A stretch of DNA of 64,000 nucleotides, taken from positions 9,333-73,332 of the forward strand of contig CAZCHH010000003.1 of assembly GCA_964498585.1 (NCBI GenBank). Reading direction: 5' to 3'. A model generated the notes under the pieces. It had not been told where the DNA came from and searched no databases. It saw nothing but the letters and a program-made list of their open reading frames with translations. Within the stretch, counting starts at the first letter, position 1. The number at the start of each line of letters is the position of its first letter. Position numbers and translations under genes: made by a program. Positions 49,516 to 59,076 of this stretch are shown in pieces. The stretch comes from an uncultured Hyphomicrobiales bacterium. Its GTDB lineage: Bacteria > Bacteroidota > Ignavibacteria > Kapaibacteriales > UBA2268.

Positions 49516-49830
49516 GTGTCATTCCGAAACGAAGTGAGGAATCTCACAACTCATTGTATCCACAGAACTTGAGATTCTTCACTTCGTTACCAATGACATC
49601 TTTTCTTGTCATTCTGACGGATGTCAGAATCCATCTTATTATTGTCCTGTCTTATTCGATATATGCTATCTTACGAAGCATTTGGGCTCGCCCAAATGTA
49701 ACAAGTGAGCAAGTTTACTTGCTTTCCTAAGATAGATTCTTCACTTCGTTTCAGAATGACACTTTTAGTTATGTCATTTCTATTTAAATAAAGGTCTTCC
49801 TTTATCTGGGGTTCAGAATGACAAAAAATT
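49516..49830. repeat. array of MITE-like and palindromic repeat modules
   Basis: Modules read directly: tgtcattccgaaacgaagtgaggaatctcacaa; gagattcttcacttcgtt; cattctgacggatgtcagaatc; cgaagcatttgggctcgcccaaatgtaacaagtgagcaagtttacttgc; attcttcacttcgtttcagaatgaca; aaataaaggtcttcctttatctggggttcagaatgaca. The same modules recur elsewhere in the window. Confidence 0.8.
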
Positions 49831-49853
49831 ACTACACCAGGAAAATTGAATTT

Positions 49854-51242
49854 CTATTTTGAAAATCTGATAACTCCTTTGGGGCAGCCGACATAAGCAG
49901 TACCATCAGGAGCAATAACAATACCGGAGTAGTGATTATTATAAAAATACTCATCAGGCCCAGCTTTTTTTCTAAAAGCAAGTTCTCCGTTACTAGCTTT
50001 AACTGCAGTGAAATACCAGCCCTCCATATCCTTTGTATAAGTATATACTAAATCATTAACCGACGAATACTTGGAAATGAGGGAAGGAATAATTAAATTT
50101 GAAGTCCAGGCGATATTATAACTGCCATCTTTATTAAAATCAATTCTTGTTAAGCCGGGTTCTGAAAGCTTTCCAATAAAATCAACTACTTTTGTATAGC
50201 CGTAATTATTTTCAACAATAATGGAATTGTTAAATGCAATCAAAGAGTTTTCTGTAGCTGAAGCTCCGCTTGCAAACACAGGAACTTTGCACAGTAGCCG
50301 ATTAGAGCTAATCTGCTTCGCTCTTTTATAAACCAGGACATTCATTTGTGGCTCAGCATTATCGGTAATAGCAACGTAATCCTTTGAAATCAAAGTCGGA
50401 GTAGTCCCTGAACCTTGTGAAAACTGGCTTGGTTTCTTAACAGTTCCTCTATCATATTCTTCACGCCAGGAAATAACCGGTTTCCCATTATTATCAGAAT
50501 CTAACCTATATAAAGCATAATCAGATACGATAAACACACCACCAGTTTCATCAACTGCAAATGAATTAGCGATGGATTCTTTAACTTCAATATCAGAATC
50601 GAAATGTGATAATTGAACTGTATCTAATTTATTGCTGCTAACAATTCCCACAATGCCTTCTTCAGTAGCAAACCAAAGATTTCCATACCAGTCTGGTAAA
50701 GCAGATATTATGTGGCAGGGGTCCGGCAAAGAAGATAAATCATATTCATTTTCCAAAATAAATTTAGCTGGATTTCCTTCACAGCTTAATTTAAAAATTC
50801 GTTTATCTACAGTTGGAACGATAACTCTATAATTTTGGTCAAGATAGAAATATCCTGCACCTGATGGTGTTAAGTCAGTGCCTGTTGGAAGTTGATAGGT
50901 ATCAATTACTTCCAATGTCGTTGGTTCTAAAATATATAAGTTTCTTTTACTATCTGCACCTACTCCAAGAGTAACTAATTTGTTTTCTCTATTGAATGCA
51001 ATAGAAACACAAAGTTGATTTAAATTAGACATAGTGATATTCAGAATTTCACTATCAGGACCTTTTATGGAATAAGCATCTGTCATATATGCATCATTAT
51101 GGACATTACTTTTGCCGTTTGGTGCCATAAATGGATGAGTAGGGGCTGTCCAATCCATTTTGTTGTTAACTACATCAGTTGAATTTTCACAAGCAGCAAA
51201 TAAAAATGCAAAAACTAAAGCGAAAACACATAAATTCTTCAT
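49854..51242 (-). CDS. hypothetical lipoprotein (462 aa; probably a beta-propeller/beta-rich fold)
   Basis: Lipobox 'LFAACEN'. No recognisable catalytic motif. Confidence 0.6.
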   Translation of the reverse strand: MKNLCVFALVFAFLFAACENSTDVVNNKMDWTAPTHPFMAPNGKSNVHNDAYMTDAYSIKGPDSEILNITMSNLNQLCVSIAFNRENKLVTLGVGADSKRNLYILEPTTLEVIDTYQLPTGTDLTPSGAGYFYLDQNYRVIVPTVDKRIFKLSCEGNPAKFILENEYDLSSLPDPCHIISALPDWYGNLWFATEEGIVGIVSSNKLDTVQLSHFDSDIEVKESIANSFAVDETGGVFIVSDYALYRLDSDNNGKPVISWREEYDRGTVKKPSQFSQGSGTTPTLISKDYVAITDNAEPQMNVLVYKRAKQISSNRLLCKVPVFASGASATENSLIAFNNSIIVENNYGYTKVVDFIGKLSEPGLTRIDFNKDGSYNIAWTSNLIIPSLISKYSSVNDLVYTYTKDMEGWYFTAVKASNGELAFRKKAGPDEYFYNNHYSGIVIAPDGTAYVGCPKGVIRFSK

Positions 51243-51547
51243 AATTTATCCTATTATAAAGTGAATTTAGAAAATTATTATTTTCATTACATAGACAAAT
51301 CCTTGCTAGCAAACAATATTTGAGATTCCTAACTTAAAATGCTAAAGACTTATATATATTTACCTTTCAAAATCTTTACTAAAGTTAAAAATATAAACTA
51401 TTGTAATAATTCGTTAAAAGACTTACTATCTTGTGTCATTCTTCGCTCCGCTCAGAATGACAGAGTAAAATTATTTTCATTCACGAAACCTGTGGTTATG
51501 TCTTAGCACAATAACTTTACAATTATTTTTTATTGACGAAAACAAAA

Positions 51548-52279
51548 TTATTGTATTGATTGTTTATATGTATTTAATTGATTTATGCTAACAGCGTCAT
51601 CAACAGAATATTTCCCAATAACTGTTCTTCGCAAATCAAAGAGATAAGCTCCACAGCCGAGTTTTTCACCAATTTCATTAGCAATTGAGCGAATATAAGT
51701 TCCTTTTGAGCAGTCAATATCTAAATGAATAAAAGGTAAATCAATTTTATTGATGATGATGTTTTGGACATTTACAATTACTGGCTGGATTTCAACTTCT
51801 TTTTCTGCTCTTGCGTATTTATAAAGCCGTCTTCCATTAACTTTTTTTGCTGAAAAAATAGGTGGCTTCTGACTTATTTCGCCAATAAATGAAGACGTTA
51901 CTTTAATTATTTCATTTAAAGTGATTTGAGAAAAATCCTTAATGTTTTCTTCCGGAAATTCAGAATCGAAAGATTTGGTGGTTGCTCCTAATTTCAGAAC
52001 TGCAGAATATTTTTTTCCTAAATCCAGATAATTATTGATTTCCTTTGTTGCTTTCCCAAGTGCAAGAATAAGCAAACCTGTTGCCAGCGGGTCGAGAGTG
52101 CCGCAATGCCCGATTTTCTTAATATGAGTAATACCTCTCATTTTAGCAACAACGTCAAACGAAGTCCAATCTCTATCTTTATCAATCAATGCAAATCCAC
52201 CTGAAGCAGCTACATTTTCAAGCCATTCCGAAAAATTGCTAATAGTGTCTTTTGTTAAGAAATTTTCTTCGTTTATCAT
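51548..52279 (-). CDS. truB: tRNA pseudouridine(55) synthase
   Basis: 'GHCGTLDPLATGLLILALGKATK' TruB motif II with the catalytic Asp. Confidence 0.9.
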   Translation of the reverse strand: MINEENFLTKDTISNFSEWLENVAASGGFALIDKDRDWTSFDVVAKMRGITHIKKIGHCGTLDPLATGLLILALGKATKEINNYLDLGKKYSAVLKLGATTKSFDSEFPEENIKDFSQITLNEIIKVTSSFIGEISQKPPIFSAKKVNGRRLYKYARAEKEVEIQPVIVNVQNIIINKIDLPFIHLDIDCSKGTYIRSIANEIGEKLGCGAYLFDLRRTVIGKYSVDDAVSINQLNTYKQSIQ

Positions 52280-52623
52280 TGCTGCTCGCTTTTAATCGAA
52301 TCAATTAATTTTTGGATATGCTCCATTTCGTTCAAAGTATCGTCAAGGAAGAAACGAAGCTCCGGAACACGCCTAAGCCGCAATTTCGAAGCAATATGAT
52401 AACGGATTTGCTTATTATTTTCTTCTAATACTTCAATGAATTTTGGTGGAGAAATTTTGCCACCATAGACGCTTAAATATACTTTAGCAATTTGTAAATC
52501 CTTTGAAAGACGAACTGCTGTAATTGTTGCAAGACCCGCAGAATGCTCTGATGCTAAATCGCTTATTGGACTTACAAGAAATTTTTTTACTTCACTTGCT
52601 ACTTTTTCTGCTCTTATTGACAT
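52276..52623 (-). CDS. rbfA: ribosome-binding factor A
   Basis: 115 aa. 'RAEKVASEVKKFL...LRRVPELRF' is RbfA-like. It overlaps truB by 4 nt. Confidence 0.85.
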   Translation of the reverse strand: MSIRAEKVASEVKKFLVSPISDLASEHSAGLATITAVRLSKDLQIAKVYLSVYGGKISPPKFIEVLEENNKQIRYHIASKLRLRRVPELRFFLDDTLNEMEHIQKLIDSIKSEQQ

Positions 52624-52627
52624 CTTC

Positions 52628-52795
52628 TTTATAATTGTTAATTGTTAATTGTTAATTATTAATGGTTTATGGTTTATAGTTTATTGTTTATAGTTTATAT
52701 TGTAATTTAGTCATTAGTTATTGGTCATTTGTCATTAGTATTGTTTTCAAATTATCACTTATAATTAATAATTAATAATTAATAATTAATAATTA
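52628..52795. repeat. block of short tandem repeats: (TTAATTG)x4, (GTTTATR)x5, (GTCATTWGT)x3, (ATAATTA)x5 ending at the methyltransferase stop codon
   Basis: Direct reading of 'ttaattgttaattgttaattattaatggtttatggtttatagtttattgtttatagtttata...ataattaataattaataattaataattaataatta'. Confidence 0.85.
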
Positions 52796-54298
52796 TTTTA
52801 TCAGTAACTCAACATTTTCATATTTTCTTCCATTGACTGCTTTTTTAAATGTAGTATTGGTTACTCCGCCGGGTAAATGAACGTTTTTTCCCTGCAATAA
52901 TTGTTCAATCGTTAAGATTTGAATTTTATCTATTTTATATCCCATGAAATGACCCTGCTGCTTTGCTTTCTGAAGCATACCATCAGTTAAAAATTCTTCA
53001 AAGCAAACAAAGACAGCTAAATCTGCTTTTTTTCTTGCTGCAACTTCAATTATATAAGCAATATCACTAATTTTTACATTTCCGCTTTTAACTTCAATAA
53101 TTCCAATTCCTTTTTCCTTGTCATTTTTATTAAAAGTAAAATAACCATCGAAACCACTATCTGACGTCTTTTTTTCGTTAGAAACGCCACCGATAAGAAC
53201 TTCAATAACCCAATCCTGAAACTTAAAACGACCTTTCTTAGTTGACTGGGCAAGCTGGTATGCTGAAGCAATATCCTTTGGATAGCCATTGATTTCTATT
53301 TCAGTCAATAATGTTTTCTTGCTGTTTTCGTCAAGTGGATTAGTTAATCTATCTAAAATAAGTTTTATTGCAAGATGTGAAATGTCCACACCGAGCCAGT
53401 TCCGATTAAGTTTTTCGGCAACTGCAATAGTGGTTCCGCAACCACAGAAGAAATCAGCAACGACATCACCTTCATTGGTGCTCGCTTTGATAATACGTTC
53501 AAGGAGTGATTCAGGTTTCTGAGTAGGATATCCGAGACGTTCAATAGCAGATGGAGCTATTGGTTGAATTTGCCACCAATCATCGGGATGCTTTCCTAAA
53601 GAATGAAGTGTTTGCATTCCAAAATCACCGGATTTCCTTTTATTTCCAATATAATATTTGAAGCGTTCTATTGTTGCTGGTGCATATTCATCTCTAATAG
53701 AATCTAAATTAAACAAATAATTATAATTTTTAGAATATCGTAAAATAGTATCATGCCTACGTCCAAAATCTTTTTTAGGATATCCAGCACCTCTGTAGCA
53801 CCACACAATTTCATTCCTAAAATTCTTTTTTCCAAACAGATAATCGCAAACTAGCTTCAAATAATGGCTCATTGTCGGGTCGCAGTGCAAATAGAAACTT
53901 CCGGTATCTGTAAGCAACGATTTCATATAATAAACTCTATGAGCCATAGTAGTTAAATAAGCTGCTGCACTATGGTCTGTAATTTCAACGAGTTTTAAAA
54001 AATTGTATAAGTCCAATTGTTTATGCTCTAAAAGTTCATTCATAGAATCAATGTATTTAACATTGCTCCAAGTATCTGAGAATGCTTCTTTTTGCGCCTT
54101 TGTATCGCTCATATCTATGTCTTCAAAAAGAACATTATAATTTCTTTTTGAGTTAAATGGCGGGTCTATATAAATCAAATCAATAAAACCCTCTGGATGC
54201 TTAAAAGAAAGTTCTTTTAAAACATCAAGGCAATCTCCGAAGTATAGTTGTTTCATAATTAAGCTTTTATTTTTTCCGATTGTGGTTTGTATTGTCAT
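52793..54298 (-). CDS. beta-class DNA N6-adenine/N4-cytosine methyltransferase with a C-terminal PD-(D/E)xK-like domain; no partner endonuclease gene is adjacent
   Basis: Motif IV 'LIYIDPPFNS' near the N-terminus and motif I 'VVADFFCGCGTTIAVAE' later (beta order). The C-terminal ~150 aa contains 'GFDGYF...IGIIEVKSG', a D...E.K arrangement. Confidence 0.8.
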   Translation of the reverse strand: MTIQTTIGKNKSLIMKQLYFGDCLDVLKELSFKHPEGFIDLIYIDPPFNSKRNYNVLFEDIDMSDTKAQKEAFSDTWSNVKYIDSMNELLEHKQLDLYNFLKLVEITDHSAAAYLTTMAHRVYYMKSLLTDTGSFYLHCDPTMSHYLKLVCDYLFGKKNFRNEIVWCYRGAGYPKKDFGRRHDTILRYSKNYNYLFNLDSIRDEYAPATIERFKYYIGNKRKSGDFGMQTLHSLGKHPDDWWQIQPIAPSAIERLGYPTQKPESLLERIIKASTNEGDVVADFFCGCGTTIAVAEKLNRNWLGVDISHLAIKLILDRLTNPLDENSKKTLLTEIEINGYPKDIASAYQLAQSTKKGRFKFQDWVIEVLIGGVSNEKKTSDSGFDGYFTFNKNDKEKGIGIIEVKSGNVKISDIAYIIEVAARKKADLAVFVCFEEFLTDGMLQKAKQQGHFMGYKIDKIQILTIEQLLQGKNVHLPGGVTNTTFKKAVNGRKYENVELLIK

Positions 54299-54598
54299 AA
54301 GTATTATTTATTTTTTTTCAACAAAAATAGTTAAAAATTATGGACAAGACAAAAGAAAAATGTAAAGAAAAATTCCAAACAAAATAAAGATTAGAAAGTT
54401 TAGAAGGTTTATTCCACTCATACAATCAACAAGTTGTTCGTATGACTGAAAAAATTCCTTCTCAAGTTCAACTTGGGAAGGAGAGAACCATCTAAACCAA
54501 TCAACCAATCAACTCCCATTCTTTTCTACTTGCAAAAACGCTCAAGTTTAGATAGTTTTGTATTTTAGATTTCGTAAAATTAGGAAATCAATCAAAAT

Positions 54599-55723
54599 AT
54601 GTTTGAATTAATAAAAACTGACACACATTCTAAAGCAAGGGCTGGCGTTTTGCAGACTGCTCACGGCGAAATCGAAACACCGATTTTTATGCCGGTTGGA
54701 ACGCAAGGAACAGTGAAAGCGATTGACCACCGCTCGTTAAAAGAAATTGGCTCGCAAATCATACTTGGCAATACATATCATCTTTACCTGCGTCCCGGAA
54801 CGGAAGTATTAAAGGAATTTGGCGGACTGCATAATTTTATGAACTGGGACAAGCCGATTCTTACCGATAGCGGCGGCTATCAGGTGTTTTCACTTCAGGA
54901 TTTGCGAAAAATTAAAGAAGACGGCGTAGAATTTAAATCGCATATTGACGGCTCAAAGCACTGGTTTTCTCCGCAAAAAGTAGTGGAAATCCAGCAGACG
55001 ATTGGCTCCGATATTATGATGCAGCTTGACGAATGTATCCACTATCCTGCTTCTTTTATAGATGCAAAGAAAGCAATGGAGCGTTCTGTCCGCTGGGCAA
55101 AAACATCGCTTGACTTCTTAAAAGAAACCCGCGACAATTACGAAACAAAGCAACACCTTTTTGCAATAGGGCAGGGGAGCGAATTTAAGGAATTGAGGAA
55201 AATCTGCCTTGAAGAAAACTGCTCGCAAGATTTCGATGGTTTTTCAATCGGTGGGCTTTCAGTCGGTGAACCAACCGAAATAATGTATGAAATAGTTGAT
55301 TTTTCAACAGATATAATTCCGAAAAACAAACCGCGCTATTTAATGGGAGTTGGCACACCAGAAAATATTTTGGAATCAATAGAAAGAGGCGTTGATATGT
55401 TTGATTGCGTGCTTCCTACGCGTAACGCCCGCAACGGACAGCTTTTTACAAGCAATGGAAAAATCAATATAAAAAATTCCAAATACAAATACGAAAAGAA
55501 ACCGATAGACGATAGCATTCCATCTTGGGCATCGAACAATTTTTCACTTGCCTATCTGCGGCACCTTTTCATATCTGGAGAAATATTTGGTTTGCTGTTA
55601 AGCACTTTCCATAACCTTGCTTTTTACCTTTGGCTAGTAAAAACAGCAAGGCAAAAAATCTTAAATGGAGAGTTTTTAAGCTGGAAAAAAGATTTTTTAG
55701 AGAAATATCGTTCAGAAGAGTAA
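54599..55723 (+). CDS. tgt: queuine tRNA-ribosyltransferase
   Basis: 'ILTDSGGYQVFSL', 'LMGVGTPE' and the zinc-site region. Confidence 0.9.
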   Translation: MFELIKTDTHSKARAGVLQTAHGEIETPIFMPVGTQGTVKAIDHRSLKEIGSQIILGNTYHLYLRPGTEVLKEFGGLHNFMNWDKPILTDSGGYQVFSLQDLRKIKEDGVEFKSHIDGSKHWFSPQKVVEIQQTIGSDIMMQLDECIHYPASFIDAKKAMERSVRWAKTSLDFLKETRDNYETKQHLFAIGQGSEFKELRKICLEENCSQDFDGFSIGGLSVGEPTEIMYEIVDFSTDIIPKNKPRYLMGVGTPENILESIERGVDMFDCVLPTRNARNGQLFTSNGKINIKNSKYKYEKKPIDDSIPSWASNNFSLAYLRHLFISGEIFGLLLSTFHNLAFYLWLVKTARQKILNGEFLSWKKDFLEKYRSEE

Positions 55724-55788
55724 AAAATTTTATATTTTTGTATAAAAGAAGTTTGAAATATATTTATTATTAATATAAAGGATTAAAG

Positions 55789-56115
55789 ATGTTTTTCTTC
55801 CCATTAGAATTGAATGCTTTTACTACGCCTCCGGCAGGCGGTCAGGGTGGCGACTCCGGCAGCGGAATGATAATGACTTTAGTAATGTTTGGTGCTATTA
55901 TTCTTATTATGTATTTCCTGATGATTAGGCCGCAGCAGAAGCGTCAGAAAGAGCATCAAAAAATGCTGAACGAATTGCACAAAGGCGATAAAATCATCAC
56001 TTCAGCTGGAATGCACGGCACAATTACCGATATTGACGGAAACACATTTATTATTCAAATTGCAGACAACGTAAAAATCACTATTGAAAAGAGCGCTATA
56101 GCTGCTAAAAAATAA
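55789..56115 (+). CDS. yajC: preprotein translocase subunit YajC
   Basis: Single TM helix followed by 'RPQQKRQKEHQKMLNELHKGDKIITSAGMHGTITDID'. Confidence 0.85.
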   Translation: MFFFPLELNAFTTPPAGGQGGDSGSGMIMTLVMFGAIILIMYFLMIRPQQKRQKEHQKMLNELHKGDKIITSAGMHGTITDIDGNTFIIQIADNVKITIEKSAIAAKK

Positions 56116-56120
56116 ATAAA

Positions 56121-57884
56121 ATGTTATCACATTTGTTTATCCAAAATTTTGCATTAATCGAAAAAATTGAATTAGATTTTGCCCCCGGTCTCAACATAAT
56201 CACTGGCGAGACCGGTGCGGGTAAATCTGTTATGGTTGATGCACTCCAGCTCGCACTCGGTGAGCGTGCTTCTAATGATTTAATACGCTCAGGCGAGCGT
56301 AAAGCTATTATAGAAGCAATTTTTAAAATTCACCCGAACCACTCCATCTTTGAGCTATTAAAAGAAGAAGATTTGGATAGCGAAGATTCATCTCTTATTC
56401 TTAGACGCGAGCTTTCAGACAAAGGGACATCGCGTTCCTTTATCAACGATACTCCAGTCCAGCTTTCTTTCCTAAAGACTATTGGCGATTTATTAGCTGA
56501 TTTTCACGGACAGCACCAGCACCAGCTTTTACTCCGTAAAGAAATTCATATTAAAATATTAGATAACATAGCTGATTTAAATGTAAAAAAGAAGAATTAC
56601 TTTCACTTATTTCATCAAATTCAAAAAAGTATTGAGCAACTTCATCAGCTATTGAACAGGGAAAACGAAATTAAGCTGAAGAAAGAACAATACGAATTTG
56701 AGCTATCTGAAATAAAAAAAATTGCTCCAAAAGAAAATGAATACGATGAATTAGAAAAGCAAATCAATATAATGCAAAACTCTGAACTGCTTTTCAATTT
56801 GTCTAATGATTTGAATGTTTTTCTTTCTGAAGATGATTATTCTGCAAGAGCGCGGCTTATCAAATCACAAAAAATATTAGAGCAGATTTCAAGTATTGAC
56901 AGCAGTTTTGAGGTATTTTTGAAAGAATGTAGTTCTGCCCTCATTTCTATTGATGAGATTTCAAAATTTACATTTAATTATTTGCAAAATATATCATTCG
57001 ACCCCGAGCAAATTGAAGCAATGCGAGAGCGACAGCTTCTTTTAAAAGGATTACGCAAAAAATACGGAACAGTTGAGCAGGCAATAGAACGAACTACATT
57101 TTTAGAGCAGGAATTAAGTTTGATTTCAAATTTCGATATTGAAATAAATAAAAAAATTCTTGAAATACAAGATTTAAAAATTGAACTTGGGACAAATGCC
57201 GCGGAAATTTCAAAAATCAGAAAAGAAAGTGCAAAGAAGTTCGAAAAAGCAATTGAGGAATATTTGGTTGAGCTTGGGATTGCTTTTCCGCAGTTTAAAG
57301 TTACAATTAATCAGGAAGAAATTCCAAATAATTCAAATAATTCAAAGCAAAAAAATTTATCAAAGAATTCAACTATCTCAGCAAATATTCATCAGCTAAC
57401 CGCAACAGTTGGCAAGCAGGAATTCAAGGCATATCCAGATGGTATTGATTTAGTTGAGTTCTTCATTTCTACAAATAAAGGGGAAGTGCCGAAGCCACTC
57501 GTCTCGGTTGCATCAGGTGGCGAAATATCAAGAATAATGCTCGCTTTGAAAAATATAATTGCAAAAAGCGACGAACTTGATTTATTGATATTTGATGAGA
57601 TAGATACTGGCGTAAGCGGCAGAATTGCAACAAAGGTAGGTCAAGCAATGAAAAACCTAACTGACCACCATCAAGTCATTGCGATAACTCACTTACCGCA
57701 AATTGCCGCTTTCGCTGATTCCAATATCTTAGTCGAAAAAGTCGAAGAAAATAATAATACTTATACTAAAATGAAAATTTTAGAGGAAAACGAAAAAGTT
57801 TATGAAGTTGCCCGTCTTATGAGTGGAGAAAACGTTACTGACAGCTCAATAGAAGCAGCAAAACAATTGATAATTGTTAATTGA
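56121..57884 (+). CDS. recN: DNA repair protein RecN
   Basis: Walker A 'NIITGETGAGKS', a long coiled-coil middle and a C-terminal signature region 'ASGGEISRIMLALK...LLIFDEIDTGVSG'. Confidence 0.9.
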   Translation: MLSHLFIQNFALIEKIELDFAPGLNIITGETGAGKSVMVDALQLALGERASNDLIRSGERKAIIEAIFKIHPNHSIFELLKEEDLDSEDSSLILRRELSDKGTSRSFINDTPVQLSFLKTIGDLLADFHGQHQHQLLLRKEIHIKILDNIADLNVKKKNYFHLFHQIQKSIEQLHQLLNRENEIKLKKEQYEFELSEIKKIAPKENEYDELEKQINIMQNSELLFNLSNDLNVFLSEDDYSARARLIKSQKILEQISSIDSSFEVFLKECSSALISIDEISKFTFNYLQNISFDPEQIEAMRERQLLLKGLRKKYGTVEQAIERTTFLEQELSLISNFDIEINKKILEIQDLKIELGTNAAEISKIRKESAKKFEKAIEEYLVELGIAFPQFKVTINQEEIPNNSNNSKQKNLSKNSTISANIHQLTATVGKQEFKAYPDGIDLVEFFISTNKGEVPKPLVSVASGGEISRIMLALKNIIAKSDELDLLIFDEIDTGVSGRIATKVGQAMKNLTDHHQVIAITHLPQIAAFADSNILVEKVEENNNTYTKMKILEENEKVYEVARLMSGENVTDSSIEAAKQLIIVN

Positions 57885-58011
57885 AAATTTGTTTTGTCAT
57901 TGTCAATGAAGTGAAGAATCTAATTAATTGTTTTTTCGAAGCAAAAGAATTTTTATTTCTGAATGAAATTAAATGAGCTAAAAATTTGTATTATTAAAAA
58001 ATTCTGGAATT

Positions 58012-58824
58012 ATGATAACAATTGAAAATGTACACAAGAAATTTAATCCGGGCACAATAAATGAAGTTTATGCTTTGCGTGGAGTCAATTTAAATGTCAA
58101 AGAAGGTGATTTTGTAACTATTATTGGAACCAACGGAAGTGGAAAAACTACATTACTTAATGCAATTGCTGGTTCTTTTTTCCCTGATGCAGGCAAAATC
58201 AAAATAGATAGCAATGATGTTTCATTTAATCCTGATTTTAAAAGGGCAAAACATATTGCCCGTGTTTTTCAAAATCCTTTTACAGGAACTTCAGCCAATA
58301 TGTCAATAGCAGAAAATTTGCATATTGCTTATTTACGTAATCATCATAAAAAGCCCAAGCTTGGATTAAGCAAACATCAGCTTTCTTTTTTTAAAGAAGA
58401 AGTAAAATATTTAGAAATGCAGCTTGAAGAACGCTTGCAAGATACCATTGGAACTCTATCTGGCGGACAGCGTCAGGCACTTACTTTGCTTATGGCGGTT
58501 ATCAACAAACCAAAAGTACTACTTCTTGATGAACACACTGCTGCCCTTGACCCAAAATCTGCAGCCCAAGTAATGAAATTAACTAATCACTTCGTTGAAA
58601 AATATAATCTTACAACGATTATGATTACTCATTCTATGCAGCAAGCTCTTGATTTCGGTAACCGAACTATTATGATGCACAAAGGACAGATTATTGATGA
58701 CATTCCATTAAATGAAAAAAAATGGCTTACTGTTGATGATTTATTAGAAAAATTCAATAATATTCGCAAAAATGAAATGTTAAATCAAGAGATGCTATCT
58801 GAACTTACAAGCGTTTATACCTGA
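58012..58824 (+). CDS. ABC transporter ATP-binding protein (no permease gene adjacent)
   Basis: Walker A 'GTNGSGKTT', signature 'LSGGQRQ' and Walker B 'LLLDEHT'. Confidence 0.8.
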   Translation: MITIENVHKKFNPGTINEVYALRGVNLNVKEGDFVTIIGTNGSGKTTLLNAIAGSFFPDAGKIKIDSNDVSFNPDFKRAKHIARVFQNPFTGTSANMSIAENLHIAYLRNHHKKPKLGLSKHQLSFFKEEVKYLEMQLEERLQDTIGTLSGGQRQALTLLMAVINKPKVLLLDEHTAALDPKSAAQVMKLTNHFVEKYNLTTIMITHSMQQALDFGNRTIMMHKGQIIDDIPLNEKKWLTVDDLLEKFNNIRKNEMLNQEMLSELTSVYT

Positions 58825-58859
58825 TTAGATTTAACAAATTTTTTTAAGTTTTTGCTAAA

Positions 58860-59000
58860 ATGACTTGTGAGATTCCTCGCTGCGTTCCTAATAAACTACT
58901 TCGGCTTTTGTTGCACGTAAATATATGTAAAACATATAATTATAATAATTTCATTCCTAAACAGTAGTCATCGGATGACTGGCAGTCTTCCGATGACTAA
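58860..59000. repeat. repeat modules: MITE-like fragment (tgacttgtgagattcctcgctgcgttcc) and palindrome tagtcatcggatgactggcagtcttccgatgacta (second copy at 63873..63897)
   Basis: Direct reading. The second palindrome copy 'gtcggatgactggcagtcatccgatgat' is at 63873..63897. Confidence 0.7.
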
Positions 59001-59076
59001 AAAGTTCATTTCACTAAAAGTAAAAGTCTTCGTTTATATTTGCCTCAGAATTACAATTTTAAAAACTCATCATAAT

